Virus record (IMG/VR): IMGVR_UViG_3300032053_000002
Span: 62,001-126,000 of that record
Length of the DNA stretch: 64,000 nucleotides
Strand: one strand, 5' to 3'
The first letter of the stretch is position 1; the number at the start of each line of letters is the position of its first letter. The notes beneath the pieces are model-generated. The model had not been told where the DNA came from. It saw only the letters and a program-made list of their open reading frames with translations, and searched no databases. This document shows positions 27,660 to 37,922 of this stretch, one piece after another. The translations under genes were made by a program, and so were the position numbers.

Positions 27660-30299
27660 TTATTTCCACGTATAATACTCCTTTTCTTTTCTATCTATTA
27701 AAGATGTTCCGTCGGCCTGTATTGCCATCGGCTCACTCAATATAGCCATTCGTTTTTTATATTTCCAAAACATATCTAAATACCACAGATCGGCCGCGTG
27801 CCACTTTTCTTTTTGTAATATGTTTATCAGAAATTCTCTGTCCGATTTCTTAAACATAATACATTGCACGCAAATTATTTTATTTGTTTCATACATAAAG
27901 TCTATTCCATCAAAATCTTTTATTTTAGGCGACTCCAAATATCCGGTTTCCATATTTTGTTTGTCGCCGAACGAAAAATAAGTTATATCGTTTTTTTCCA
28001 TCGCTTCACCGACTCTATAAAGCATTTTCACAAAATCTTCTATCGGAACCGTTATCTTGCAGTCGGCTTCCGCTACAATAAAAAAATCTACGTCGTCTGC
28101 GAACTCTCCCAAAATACCGTATTTATGCGCGAGAAAACACCCATAATGTGCAGGAGATAACCGTGCGTCTCCAAAGGATTCGGTTACTCTTTCTGGATAT
28201 GCACAATTTTCCGTCGGGGGTTTTTTCGTATACGGTTCGTTATTATGTATGACATATTCTATACCGAAATCTTTTAACTTGCTTAGTTGCTCAATAGATT
28301 CTTTTTCTCGCGGAGTCTCTGGATTAGTAACCAGATGCACAACTTTTATTTTCTTTTTCGTCGCTCTCTTGGCGATAATTATTCCAAAATCGTCATTTTC
28401 AATGTCCGCTAATTCAACCGTAGATTGTTTGTATACCGCATATGTAAAATCGTTCTGGGTCAGTCTATTTAATATAACTTTCAATTTATTTTTATCAGGT
28501 GTATAATGATATTCCAGTAAAATGTTATCTATATTTTTTAGCATATCACTCGTTATAGTTTCAAATATATCATATTCCGACCCCTCAACGTCCATTTTCA
28601 GCACATCTATTTTTTCTATGCCATATTTTTCAAGCAAACTTTTTAAGGTCACTGTTTTCACCGTTTCTTTAACGAACCTTTTATCACTTAAATAACGGTC
28701 ATGGTCTTCTATTCCCAGTGAACTCCACCCCGACAATTCACCAACAAAAAAATCATGAGTCCCGTCCTCTTTATAAATTGCGGCATTCTCTACAATAATA
28801 TTGTTATATTTACTAAATGTTTTTTTCATATTATTCGCGTTTTTCTCAAATGGCTCAACCGCGATAACTTTACCCGCTCCTCGCGACAGAGAATATAATG
28901 TGAACGACCCGACATGCGCACCCAAATCAATCACCGTTCCATTTTCTTTAAAAGGCAAATCTTTATAAACGTTCCTATAAAAAAACTCAAAATAACTAAA
29001 GAATGAATCGTCCATCGGGTCTGATTCAATTTCCATATTAACCATCGGGGGTTCATTTCTCAATCTCACTTCGTGCGAATGAATCAACGCGCCATTCTTG
29101 TAAAACTCGAGCAAAAACCCGTTAAACCGAGGATAATTATAAAAAGTAATATCTTTAGCCGGAATCGGCACTATCCAATAGCGACAACCGTCTTTCAAAC
29201 TTAATTCGCAATTATACATAGGCAATTTCGTATCAATGTCCCTCGCGCCAACTCTCACATTGCAAGAATCCCCGCGATAAGTAAAGTTTATTCTATTGCT
29301 ATCATTTTCATATACGACATCTGTAATTTTCATCTTGCCTGATTGCGCAGATTTACCTAATAATTGTATTACTTTTTCCGCGTCACTCTCTTCACTTCCG
29401 ATTAAAAAATCAATAGTTTCAACAGAATCGTATCGATGATTATACGATTCCATATTAAACATCAGGACTTTTAATTTCCATCCGAGCGCTTCTTTAACAA
29501 CAAGCGGATTGCATTCCGCTTTTTCATTTGTCGCATACGATGGAAAAATGAGTAAATCACAGGACGAATAAAAATTATCAATATCATTTCTTTCGCCCCA
29601 AATGATACAATTGCGCGGTTTACCTCGCATCAATGGCTTCCAGTACGATTCAAAATTAACCGCTTGATTTCCGACAAAATGAAATTCGTATTGAGGCAAC
29701 AATCTTGCTAAGCCGAATACATACCCTTGATTTTTAAGCGAAGTAAATAATCCTACAACCAATATATGTTTTTTTTCTGCTCTTAATCCTATTTTCGCCA
29801 ACGCCTTTTTTCTATCGGGTCTTTCTTTATACTCTATCGGATAATCGAGCACTTCTTTTGGAATATCTATCCGTTCGTATTGCTCTAACTGATAATCACT
29901 AACAAATAAAAATTTATCCGGAAAAAACACTTTATTTTTCGGGTCAAAATCAACGGTGTGAGAAGTTTCAAAAATAACGTACGGTCTATCTTCCCGATAT
30001 ATTTTTCTGGCGACGCCTTCACTCATAAATATTTCTGGAATTTCTTCTATGTGAATTATATCCGGTGATATTTTATTTATAATATCAAATATTTCGGATT
30101 TATTTTCGCCAAGAGAATAAAACTTATTACCAAGCAACTTTTGTATTTTATCACGTTGAACCACATACGCTGCCGCTATAAATGCATACTCTATCACATA
30201 TAAATCATGGGTGGTATTTAATAACTCTATTTTTTTAAGAAGAAATTGTGGCTGACCGCCGGTAGACAAGTGTGGCGATATGTATAAAACTTTTTTCAT
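27660..30299 (-). CDS. GT4 glycosyltransferase + FkbM methyltransferase + glycosyltransferase multidomain protein
   Basis: HLSTGGQPQ, KNQ, E.NPLV.KEAL; IDLGAHVGSF..KMDVEGSE; YGCFLAH..VAEAD. Confidence 0.85.
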   Translation of the reverse strand: MKKVLYISPHLSTGGQPQFLLKKIELLNTTHDLYVIEYAFIAAAYVVQRDKIQKLLGNKFYSLGENKSEIFDIINKISPDIIHIEEIPEIFMSEGVARKIYREDRPYVIFETSHTVDFDPKNKVFFPDKFLFVSDYQLEQYERIDIPKEVLDYPIEYKERPDRKKALAKIGLRAEKKHILVVGLFTSLKNQGYVFGLARLLPQYEFHFVGNQAVNFESYWKPLMRGKPRNCIIWGERNDIDNFYSSCDLLIFPSYATNEKAECNPLVVKEALGWKLKVLMFNMESYNHRYDSVETIDFLIGSEESDAEKVIQLLGKSAQSGKMKITDVVYENDSNRINFTYRGDSCNVRVGARDIDTKLPMYNCELSLKDGCRYWIVPIPAKDITFYNYPRFNGFLLEFYKNGALIHSHEVRLRNEPPMVNMEIESDPMDDSFFSYFEFFYRNVYKDLPFKENGTVIDLGAHVGSFTLYSLSRGAGKVIAVEPFEKNANNMKKTFSKYNNIIVENAAIYKEDGTHDFFVGELSGWSSLGIEDHDRYLSDKRFVKETVKTVTLKSLLEKYGIEKIDVLKMDVEGSEYDIFETITSDMLKNIDNILLEYHYTPDKNKLKVILNRLTQNDFTYAVYKQSTVELADIENDDFGIIIAKRATKKKIKVVHLVTNPETPREKESIEQLSKLKDFGIEYVIHNNEPYTKKPPTENCAYPERVTESFGDARLSPAHYGCFLAHKYGILGEFADDVDFFIVAEADCKITVPIEDFVKMLYRVGEAMEKNDITYFSFGDKQNMETGYLESPKIKDFDGIDFMYETNKIICVQCIMFKKSDREFLINILQKEKWHAADLWYLDMFWKYKKRMAILSEPMAIQADGTSLIDRKEKEYYTWK

Positions 30300-30800
30300 T
30301 TTCTCCGATTATTACGTTATTGTGTTTCTTATTAAAAAGTAATCATTAAAAGATATTTTCGGATTTTCTTGTGGCCGGTCTTCTATCTTATACGGTCGCA
30401 TATCAATTATAATCACATCCCAAAAGAATCCGACTAAAAATCCCGCTATGAATCCAACCATTAGTACCAAAAGAATTATGATAACCATTCTAAAAAATTC
30501 TCTACTCATCATCTTCCAATCTATTTTCTTGCGAACTATCAAATAAAAACTCGTCATAATCCGATAAGTTTGAAAATTTTAGTTTGGATAGGGATGATAT
30601 TAAAAACGGATTGTTAGTAACTCTGGCTTCGTTGTATACTCTTGCAGAATGGAACATATCTGCCATCTCTGGATATTCTTTAACTATTTCTTCTTCAAAT
30701 GGACAACTCAAACAACATTTTATATTGTCTCGTTTGAGATTGGTTTTACAGAGTTTAATATGATTTTTTAAAAGGTCTATATTCACTTATACCCCATAAA

Positions 30801-31172
30801 TTATTTAACTCCGTGCCAAATTAGCAGTCCTGTTACTCCCGCCGCCACACCCGCTAAAACATATAGATACGGGCTACTATCCCACGACCGATACCTTTCA
30901 CTCCAGCCACTTTCATATCCCATACGATAATATTTTTTCATCAACTTGTTTAATTCATTTTCTTTATCAGCGATTTTCGCGTCAACATTTTTTATTGACC
31001 ACTCGAATCCGTCTATTGTGACAATTATAACATCTATATTATAGTATTGTTTGTCTATATTATAAAACATCGTATCTGTTTTTGTCGTGTCCATCTCCGT
31101 AGTCACAGACTCTTGAGCATGTATAACGCTGACAATAAGAAATAAAAATAAAAGTATTAAAAATTTATTCAT
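30801..31172 (-). CDS. Exported protein with C-terminal membrane anchor
   Basis: Signal peptide and C-terminal hydrophobic helix. Confidence 0.6.
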   Translation of the reverse strand: MNKFLILLFLFLIVSVIHAQESVTTEMDTTKTDTMFYNIDKQYYNIDVIIVTIDGFEWSIKNVDAKIADKENELNKLMKKYYRMGYESGWSERYRSWDSSPYLYVLAGVAAGVTGLLIWHGVK

Positions 31173-31354
31173 TAAGGTTCTCCAAGTTTAAGTTTTCCTT
31201 TTTCCGCCAACCTTTTTAGTTTACGTTCCAATTTTTGTTTTCGCCGTAATTTGTTTTTTTCACGGCGACATTCGTGTTTATACCTTTCGCATTTAACTTT
31301 GTTACGACCCCACTTACGGTGTTTTTTACCGCCTTTGGCTTTTGTTGTTCCCAT
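31172..31354 (-). CDS. Small very basic protein
   Basis: 60 aa, about 40% K/R. Confidence 0.65.
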   Translation of the reverse strand: MGTTKAKGGKKHRKWGRNKVKCERYKHECRREKNKLRRKQKLERKLKRLAEKGKLKLGEP

Positions 31355-31621
31355 GGCGCATCTCCTTAGTTAGTTTCTTAATGCGTCATGGTTCTCTCCT
31401 TTTTTTAAGTTAAATGATTGATTGTTAAAAAATGACCGCACTTAGTCTCGTGTTCGCACGGTCGTGCCCAGTAAAACATTTTCAACCAAACCTGGACATA
31501 TCCAGCACTAAATTGCTTAAAATTCGCCGTCCGGCATTCCCTACCACGGCCCCACACTCCCACAAAAATTAAGTATTCACCGAGCCTGGAATCGAGCTCT
31601 CGCTTCGCACTCGTATGGTTG

Positions 31622-31693
31622 AGCGGGTAATCGGTCTTGAACCGACGTCTCAGGCTTGGGAAGCCCGTATTCTACCAACTGAAATATACCCGC
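31622..31693 (-). tRNA. tRNA-Gly (CCC)
   Basis: CGGGC TT CCC AA GCCTG. Confidence 0.9.
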
Positions 31694-31699
31694 AAAAAT

Positions 31700-31781
31700 A
31701 AAAGGCGACTTATGACTTGTCATGTCAAGGATTAACTTTCGAAATATACATGACTATATTTCGGAATCCCAGTCGCCTTTT
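31700..31781 (-). ncRNA. Unidentified pseudoknotted RNA between Gly tRNAs
   Basis: AAAAGGCGACT/AGTCGCCTTTT; CGAAATATA/TATATTTCG; loop GTCATG complementary to CATGAC. Confidence 0.5.
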
Positions 31782-31820
31782 GAACTCGGTCTTCCGTAGA
31801 AGATACCGCAGTTCCTATTG

Positions 31821-31892
31821 AGCGGGATACGGAATTCGAATCCGTTCCTCGTGATTGGCACTCACGAATGCCACCAAAAACACCTATCCCGC
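31821..31892 (-). tRNA. tRNA-Gly (GCC)
   Basis: CGTGA GT GCC AA TCACG. Confidence 0.88.
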
Positions 31893-31910
31893 ATTTCTAC
31901 CTATAAATAT

Positions 31911-32498
31911 TTACAAAATTTTTATCCACTCTGAAACAAGATCCCGTTCTTTTTGGTAAATATAACTTGTTGGAAAATCCAGTATTAGTCTTTCAGCAAC
32001 AAACGCGAATTTTGCGTCCTTCTTGGAACGTTTTATCAGTGAAGAGAACGCGGCTTTAACTGTCGTTGGATTAAAAGTTAAAGTGCTCTTATCACGTTTG
32101 AAATTCATAAGACGTTTTCCCACACCAACATCGTTTCTCGCGCCAACCAGAGAAAATTCACTCGCATCTTTCCAGATAACAGATTGTTGGCTATATTTCT
32201 GCGCCAGTTTTATGGCGTCACGTTCTTTAATTTCAGGAATGAAATAACTTTTCTCTTCAGCAAATTTTTCTCCGTCATCCGTCTTATATGAATATCCGCT
32301 ATTCATTTCTATAAAACCATATCCGAGTTTTCGTATATCTTTCGCCAACGTCTTATGATTCTTCTCATCGTTTTCATCGTCTAAATATGCCGATATGATA
32401 GCAAAAGACGTGTTTGGATTGTTGATGTGCTGCCAAACTCTTGATAACGAATTCTCTATAAATAAATTTTTCAGTAATAAACTTTTACTTTTATTCAT
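31911..32498 (-). CDS. Conserved phage protein, paralog 2 of 3 (DUF3293-like)
   Basis: ENSLSRVWQH, FAIISAY, LGYGFIE. Confidence 0.7.
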   Translation of the reverse strand: MNKSKSLLLKNLFIENSLSRVWQHINNPNTSFAIISAYLDDENDEKNHKTLAKDIRKLGYGFIEMNSGYSYKTDDGEKFAEEKSYFIPEIKERDAIKLAQKYSQQSVIWKDASEFSLVGARNDVGVGKRLMNFKRDKSTLTFNPTTVKAAFSSLIKRSKKDAKFAFVAERLILDFPTSYIYQKERDLVSEWIKIL

Positions 32499-33072
32499 TT
32501 ATTTCCTCATAAACGGTATACCACTTCAACGGTTCGTCCCGGTGATATGCCATTCTATTAAAAGATGGCGACTCTCTTTCTTGCAATCTAAATAGAAATT
32601 TTCTACCACGATGCGACCCCTTTAATAAAGAAGAAAAAAAGTCCTTTAATATTTTAACATTAAAATCGTAATTGGATTTTCCAGATGATTTAATAAATCT
32701 TTTTAAAATCTCGCCTATTCCGGAATTCATATTAGTTCCTATTTCAATAAATTCATCTTTATCTTTATACAAAACCGAATATTGATCATACTTCTTTCCT
32801 AACTCCACCGCTTGATTTCTACTGATACCGGGAATAAATAAAGAAGATTCTTCTGTAAATCCCGATTCTTCCTGATAACCACCTTTCAGTTCTATAAATC
32901 CTAATCCCATTTTTCTAACCGCTTTTTTTAATTCCAAATATCTTTCTGCATTTTCTTTATCTGAAAATTCTATTCGGGACGCCGAGATAACTCCGAAAGA
33001 CGAGTCGGCATCTTCTATGTGCTGAAATATCCTTGATAATGAACTTTCTTTAATTAAACTTTTCATCTTCAT
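32491..33072 (-). CDS. Conserved phage protein, paralog 3 of 3 (DUF3293-like)
   Basis: ESSLSRIFQH, FGVISAS, LGFIELKGGY, LGKKYDQYSVLY. Confidence 0.7.
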   Translation of the reverse strand: MKMKSLIKESSLSRIFQHIEDADSSFGVISASRIEFSDKENAERYLELKKAVRKMGLGFIELKGGYQEESGFTEESSLFIPGISRNQAVELGKKYDQYSVLYKDKDEFIEIGTNMNSGIGEILKRFIKSSGKSNYDFNVKILKDFFSSLLKGSHRGRKFLFRLQERESPSFNRMAYHRDEPLKWYTVYEEINE

Positions 33073-33110
33073 ATTCTATTAAACCTCGCCAATTGAAATA
33101 AGTTCCAAAA

Positions 33111-33482
33111 TTAAATTTTGTCAATATCAAATTCCTTTATATGTTCCCATTTCGGATGCGCAAACTTTCCATTTTCAATCTCAAAGTAAACTCGGTCGTA
33201 ATCTTCCACGAGTGGATAATGCACCGTCCCTCTTTCAGGATAATGTTCTATCCAGATAAAGTTTTCCGGAATAATTTCCACTTGATAACGCAACTTATTG
33301 AAAATTTCTGTTGCCAGATATTCGGCGAAATTCGTAATAGACGTTCCTGGATTATAGGGAAGTTCAGTTGCGATAACAATCACTCGATTAGTTTTTTCAT
33401 CTAACATGGCTTCAATGTGACACTTACTTTCACATAGTCCGAATCCGCGATACGAATATACATCATCATATAATTTTTTCAT
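33111..33482 (-). CDS. Hypothetical protein
   Basis: TELPYNPGTSITNFAEYLA..WIEHYP. Confidence 0.65.
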   Translation of the reverse strand: MKKLYDDVYSYRGFGLCESKCHIEAMLDEKTNRVIVIATELPYNPGTSITNFAEYLATEIFNKLRYQVEIIPENFIWIEHYPERGTVHYPLVEDYDRVYFEIENGKFAHPKWEHIKEFDIDKI

Positions 33483-33691
33483 ATATCCTCCAATACAAAA
33501 TTATTTATTCCAATCCTTATCTTCAATCACTTTTATAATAAGGCTTATAGCAAAACCAAATAATAAAAATGTGAAGAGTGGTATTAATACAAATAATAGT
33601 ATTTGGTATATATAACATAAACCAGCTAATACAAATAAAAACAAAGTTATACCATATCCAATAATATAAGCACGTTTCATTTTATCTCCTC

Positions 33692-34111
33692 CTATTTAAA
33701 AATTTCTTTATGAATACAAACTACATTATTTTCGTTTGTTTTTTCATCATATTGACTAACATATACGCTATATGATTGATATTCTATTCTTATACTCATA
33801 ACCGCGTCGCGAATCATATGACTCTTAATTATTTTAGTAAACCAATCCACCAATTCCTGTTCATTATCATAATCTCTTAGGTCGCCCCAGAAATTTACAG
33901 TATACGCTGCAAGATGATGATCTTCCGGATTTTCCCATATATTTACTTGAATAGACCCTTCGCTACCACATGGAACATTGCATTCTTTCCACTCTATTTC
34001 GTCATCAGTAAAACCACAAGTCTTAAATTTTGAATTCAAATCCGTATAATCACTCATTACTTTCAAATGATCAATTCTTATTGAACCATTAACATGCGTC
34101 CATTGACTCAT
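33692..34111 (-). CDS. Hypothetical phage protein
   Basis: MSQWTHVNGSIRID, PCGSEGS. Confidence 0.7.
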   Translation of the reverse strand: MSQWTHVNGSIRIDHLKVMSDYTDLNSKFKTCGFTDDEIEWKECNVPCGSEGSIQVNIWENPEDHHLAAYTVNFWGDLRDYDNEQELVDWFTKIIKSHMIRDAVMSIRIEYQSYSVYVSQYDEKTNENNVVCIHKEIFK

Positions 34112-35115
34112 ATTATTACCACCTTATTAAATTCGTTGTATAAAGACCGTTTACCCTTTTCAAACAATTTGTATTTTTTGCGAACAACTCCATCAGGAAC
34201 ATTGGAACGGTCTATACCTTTTTCAATGTCGTCTTTGATACGTCTAATAGCAACTTCAGGGTCTACTTCAAACACAACCGCTATTTTTCTGCAATCATTA
34301 AAATCAGACATAAATTCTATTCTTAACCACTTATCAACACTGGTCGCGTCTAAATAGGTTTTTCCGTATTTTAGCAAATCAACTTTCATTCGCACTTTAG
34401 TCTCTTCCCAAACGTCATCGTTTGCGGCTTGATTGGAAATATTGCCAGTAAACTCACGGCGAATTTCATCCGGGCAAACAATATATTTTTTATCTATGTT
34501 TTTCAAATAACGAGATTTTCCAGATCCTGGAATACCAACCATAACATAAACTTTTTTACTGGAATGTCGTTGTTTAAAATGAACAAACATTTCTTTAATT
34601 TTATTTTTCTTCAAATCGAAATTGGTAGCAAAAGTCGCCCACGCCGCTCTAGATTGTCCTTTATCCATCTGAACAAATCGTCTTAAATCTTCATCTTGAA
34701 TTTTATCATAATCAGAAACATTTTTTATAGAGTGATTCATATGTTCTGCAATTACTTTTACGGTAACATCATAATACTTAATATAATCTTTGTATTCTTC
34801 AATAAATTCTACAGACTTTTTCGCGTGACCGTACGAATAAATCTTTTTTTCGCCAACGGTGGTTTTCCACGCTTTTCCGACATCATGTAAAAAAGCCGCT
34901 TCGATTAGGTTATCGTACCCAAACATTTTAGTTACGTAAACCATATTAAAGGTATGCAACAGTGCATCAAACTCAGGATGATAATAGGTGGATTGCGGAA
35001 TACCATCCAACGCATTCACAACTTTGGAAGTTATGAAGTATTGGCGCATTTCGTATTTCCACGCATCAAAATCAGAGTAATTTGCGTTGTATAGTATGTC
35101 GTAAAAAGTTTTCAT
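34108..35115 (-). CDS. HD-Pnk RNA end-healing enzyme (HD phosphoesterase + polynucleotide kinase)
   Basis: HT..V, AAFLHDVGK (HD); GIPGSGKS P-loop, CPDEIR, LDATS. Confidence 0.85.
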   Translation of the reverse strand: MKTFYDILYNANYSDFDAWKYEMRQYFITSKVVNALDGIPQSTYYHPEFDALLHTFNMVYVTKMFGYDNLIEAAFLHDVGKAWKTTVGEKKIYSYGHAKKSVEFIEEYKDYIKYYDVTVKVIAEHMNHSIKNVSDYDKIQDEDLRRFVQMDKGQSRAAWATFATNFDLKKNKIKEMFVHFKQRHSSKKVYVMVGIPGSGKSRYLKNIDKKYIVCPDEIRREFTGNISNQAANDDVWEETKVRMKVDLLKYGKTYLDATSVDKWLRIEFMSDFNDCRKIAVVFEVDPEVAIRRIKDDIEKGIDRSNVPDGVVRKKYKLFEKGKRSLYNEFNKVVII

Positions 35116-35405
35116 ATTTAAATCGATTTTAAAACTTTAAGCCTGTTTTTTAATCCGCCAACCGTAGTCGCAACCAAATACGTCTTGATATAACTGCGAT
35201 ATCTGGGAGTATTCCACTTAGACATTGAAGTTTTTTTAATCATTAAATCGACAACTTTTGTCGCCAAATACAATTTCTCATTTTTCATCTTTCCAATTTC
35301 CTTTTAAATTATACTATAATATAATCAATAATAACACATCAGTCAACTAAAATCTATTATTTCTTTTAAAATAATGAAGATTGTAACCTACTATTTTTTA
35401 TCAAG

Positions 35406-36005
35406 TTAAACTATTCGTTCTAATAATTTCTTTTCTTCCAATACTCTATGCAATATCTGAATAATAAACAACTCGAATTTTTTACCCGCGTTAGAATATA
35501 AATACATTATAGCTTCAATAGGCGTTTTTGCTTTTCGATAAGGTCTTTCAACAATCATTGCATCATATACGTCCGCAACCGCCAATACTTGAGATAACCC
35601 GTTGAATTTATCTCCACTTAACCCATCCGGATAGCCAGACCCATCCAGTCTTTCATGATGCTGAAGCGCGATTTCGGCTTCATCTAAATAATTTAATGAT
35701 TTTAATATTGTATGACTATATTTCGGGTGTTTTCTCATTTCTTCAAACTCGACATCTGTTAGTTTTTCGCTCTTAAAAATAATGTGATTCGGAACTTTAA
35801 TTTTGCCAACGTCATGATAATATGCGGCGCGAACTAATTTATGAGTTATATCTTTTTCGAATTTTAATTTCCCCGCCATATCATTTACCAGACGCCCAAC
35901 TCGCAACGAATGCTGCATAGTGTATTCTGAATCCTCTACTGCCTTCAAGAGACTCATGGCGGTTAAAAGACTTTCGTAATCCCGAATATATTTTACATCT
36001 ATCAT
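35406..36005 (-). CDS. HD-GYP domain protein
   Basis: HSLRV, HDVGK, HHERLDGSGYP, VADVYDAM...RPYRKA. Confidence 0.95.
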   Translation of the reverse strand: MIDVKYIRDYESLLTAMSLLKAVEDSEYTMQHSLRVGRLVNDMAGKLKFEKDITHKLVRAAYYHDVGKIKVPNHIIFKSEKLTDVEFEEMRKHPKYSHTILKSLNYLDEAEIALQHHERLDGSGYPDGLSGDKFNGLSQVLAVADVYDAMIVERPYRKAKTPIEAIMYLYSNAGKKFELFIIQILHRVLEEKKLLERIV

Positions 36006-36017
36006 CCATTTTCTCGC

Positions 36018-37193
36018 CTATTTTTTCATCAATAAAAACTTAACCTTTTTAGAACCCATCTCACCAAGAACCGACTTCGGGTCTAATTCAAAGTTATCTA
36101 CCATTCTAAAAATTATTCCGGTTAAAGATTTATTAACATTTTCTAAAACCGCGAATGCTAACTCTTTACGAGACATGGTTTTGGACATTCCTCGGTAAAT
36201 CTCTCCTTCTTTCAATAAATAGTCAACCAAATTAGAATATTTTTCCTTTAATGATTTATATTCTTCGCGGACTTTGTCAGGAAGTTTATTTAAGTATACC
36301 TCAAATTCTTTCATTTCATTATTCATTAAAACATTTATTAAATTATTAGTTATTCCTTCGCCAGTTGCGACATGATGTAACTGAATGTATTTCGGAGATT
36401 TAATTTTAACTCTTCCGATAACTTCATCTTCTTCAAACTGAGATACAACAAATCCTTCAAAGTCGTTCCCGTTCAGATTTTCTTTATCTGCAATATTAGA
36501 CAATTCCATTATATCATTTACGTCTTTTAAATCGAAAAGTTTAGGAAATCTAATAGGCAAGCCATTAAAAACACTTTCCATCTTTTTTCGAATAGATTTA
36601 TAGAATATGTTGAAATCTTTAGAAGTTTCATTTTCTTTTAATCCAATAAATACCAATTCTTTTTTAGAATAATCAACAACTATTCGAGCCGACGAGTGAA
36701 CCAACTCAAACATATAAGTTTTGTCTTGCTCAAATTGAGAAGTTAAGATATTAAAATCTTCTCTGGAAATAATATCAAAAAATAACTCTTCAAATGGAAT
36801 TTTATCAGTAGTAGTCGCGTCTTTAGCATCAATAGTTCCATTGGTTGCAATTCGCCATTTTTCATCATAAAAATAAACTTTAATAATTGAACCATCCACT
36901 TTTTCTATAATATAGGATTTTTCTAAATCTATGTTAAATGCATGAGATTCTCCGTAATTCCAGAATTTGAAAAATGGATTACATACTATTTTCCAGGTAC
37001 CATTTTCTAAAATTATTCCGCGAGATTCGCGAACGATTGAATTGGAAAAATCAGAATTAAATTGATTATATTTAAATAAAACAAGATTGTTTTTTGCAGA
37101 AATAATAAGATTAAAGGGGTCTTTTTTTAAGTCCTCTATGGCTCTATTTTCCAAGAATTTTTGTAGAGATAACATTGTAATATTTTCTTTCAT
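36018..37193 (-). CDS. T4 Rnl1-type RNA ligase
   Basis: RESRG, KFWNYGE, EKVDGS (motif I), FELV, EGFVV, KIKSPKY. Confidence 0.93.
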   Translation of the reverse strand: MKENITMLSLQKFLENRAIEDLKKDPFNLIISAKNNLVLFKYNQFNSDFSNSIVRESRGIILENGTWKIVCNPFFKFWNYGESHAFNIDLEKSYIIEKVDGSIIKVYFYDEKWRIATNGTIDAKDATTTDKIPFEELFFDIISREDFNILTSQFEQDKTYMFELVHSSARIVVDYSKKELVFIGLKENETSKDFNIFYKSIRKKMESVFNGLPIRFPKLFDLKDVNDIMELSNIADKENLNGNDFEGFVVSQFEEDEVIGRVKIKSPKYIQLHHVATGEGITNNLINVLMNNEMKEFEVYLNKLPDKVREEYKSLKEKYSNLVDYLLKEGEIYRGMSKTMSRKELAFAVLENVNKSLTGIIFRMVDNFELDPKSVLGEMGSKKVKFLLMKK

Positions 37194-37345
37194 AAAGTAA
37201 ATATACTCATATTATACATCACAGTCAACCGATTTCTTTGTATTCCGTATGCTATTCAAGAATTTTATGTTTTCTATACTTAACTCGTTGTATAACAACG
37301 GGTTAAACCTTATTCTTTCAAGTTCGTTCAATTCTGTTTTTCTGA

Positions 37346-37903
37346 CTAAAATTTTTCACTTTTATATTTATTCAATAAAGTTAAGTCCGAAACCATCTTT
37401 CGTTTCCAACCCGGATTACGCAACGCTGCGGCCGGATGGTAAGTGCCCATAAAATCGTACCTTCCTCGATTAAAAATTTTTCCATGATGAATGTCGTGAA
37501 TATATCCTTTCATCATTATTCCAGAAGATATTCGCCCGATCCCAACTATTATACTGGGATTGGCGAAAGTTGTTATTTGGTCTATTAGATAACGCCCACA
37601 AATATTTAACTCGTCGGGTTCGGGATCTCTATTATTCGGTGGGCGGCATTTCACTATATTGGTAATATAAACATCTCTTTTCAAAGATAGTCCTATTTCA
37701 CGTAAAATGGTTCTAAGTAGTTGCCCTGACCTACCGATGAACGGCAATCCTATGCTATCCTCGTCCGCTCCAGGTGCTTCTCCGATAAGCATAATGGGAG
37801 CTGTTACGCTCCCATCCGCTACGACAACCTGTGTTCGGGTTTGACATAGTTTGCATTTTTGGCAACCGAGTAACTCGGTTACCCAGTTTTCGTAAGATTG
37901 CAT
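37346..37903 (-). CDS. udg: Uracil-DNA glycosylase family 4
   Basis: CQKCKLC, GEAPGADE, FIGRSG, NIVKCRPP, YHPAA. Confidence 0.93.
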   Translation of the reverse strand: MQSYENWVTELLGCQKCKLCQTRTQVVVADGSVTAPIMLIGEAPGADEDSIGLPFIGRSGQLLRTILREIGLSLKRDVYITNIVKCRPPNNRDPEPDELNICGRYLIDQITTFANPSIIVGIGRISSGIMMKGYIHDIHHGKIFNRGRYDFMGTYHPAAALRNPGWKRKMVSDLTLLNKYKSEKF

Positions 37904-37922
37904 ATTAAAAATTACATTCTAT

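Noticed and set aside
31172-31354. Phage ribosomal protein bS21
   Set aside because: Basic and small but lacks the bS21 signature pattern
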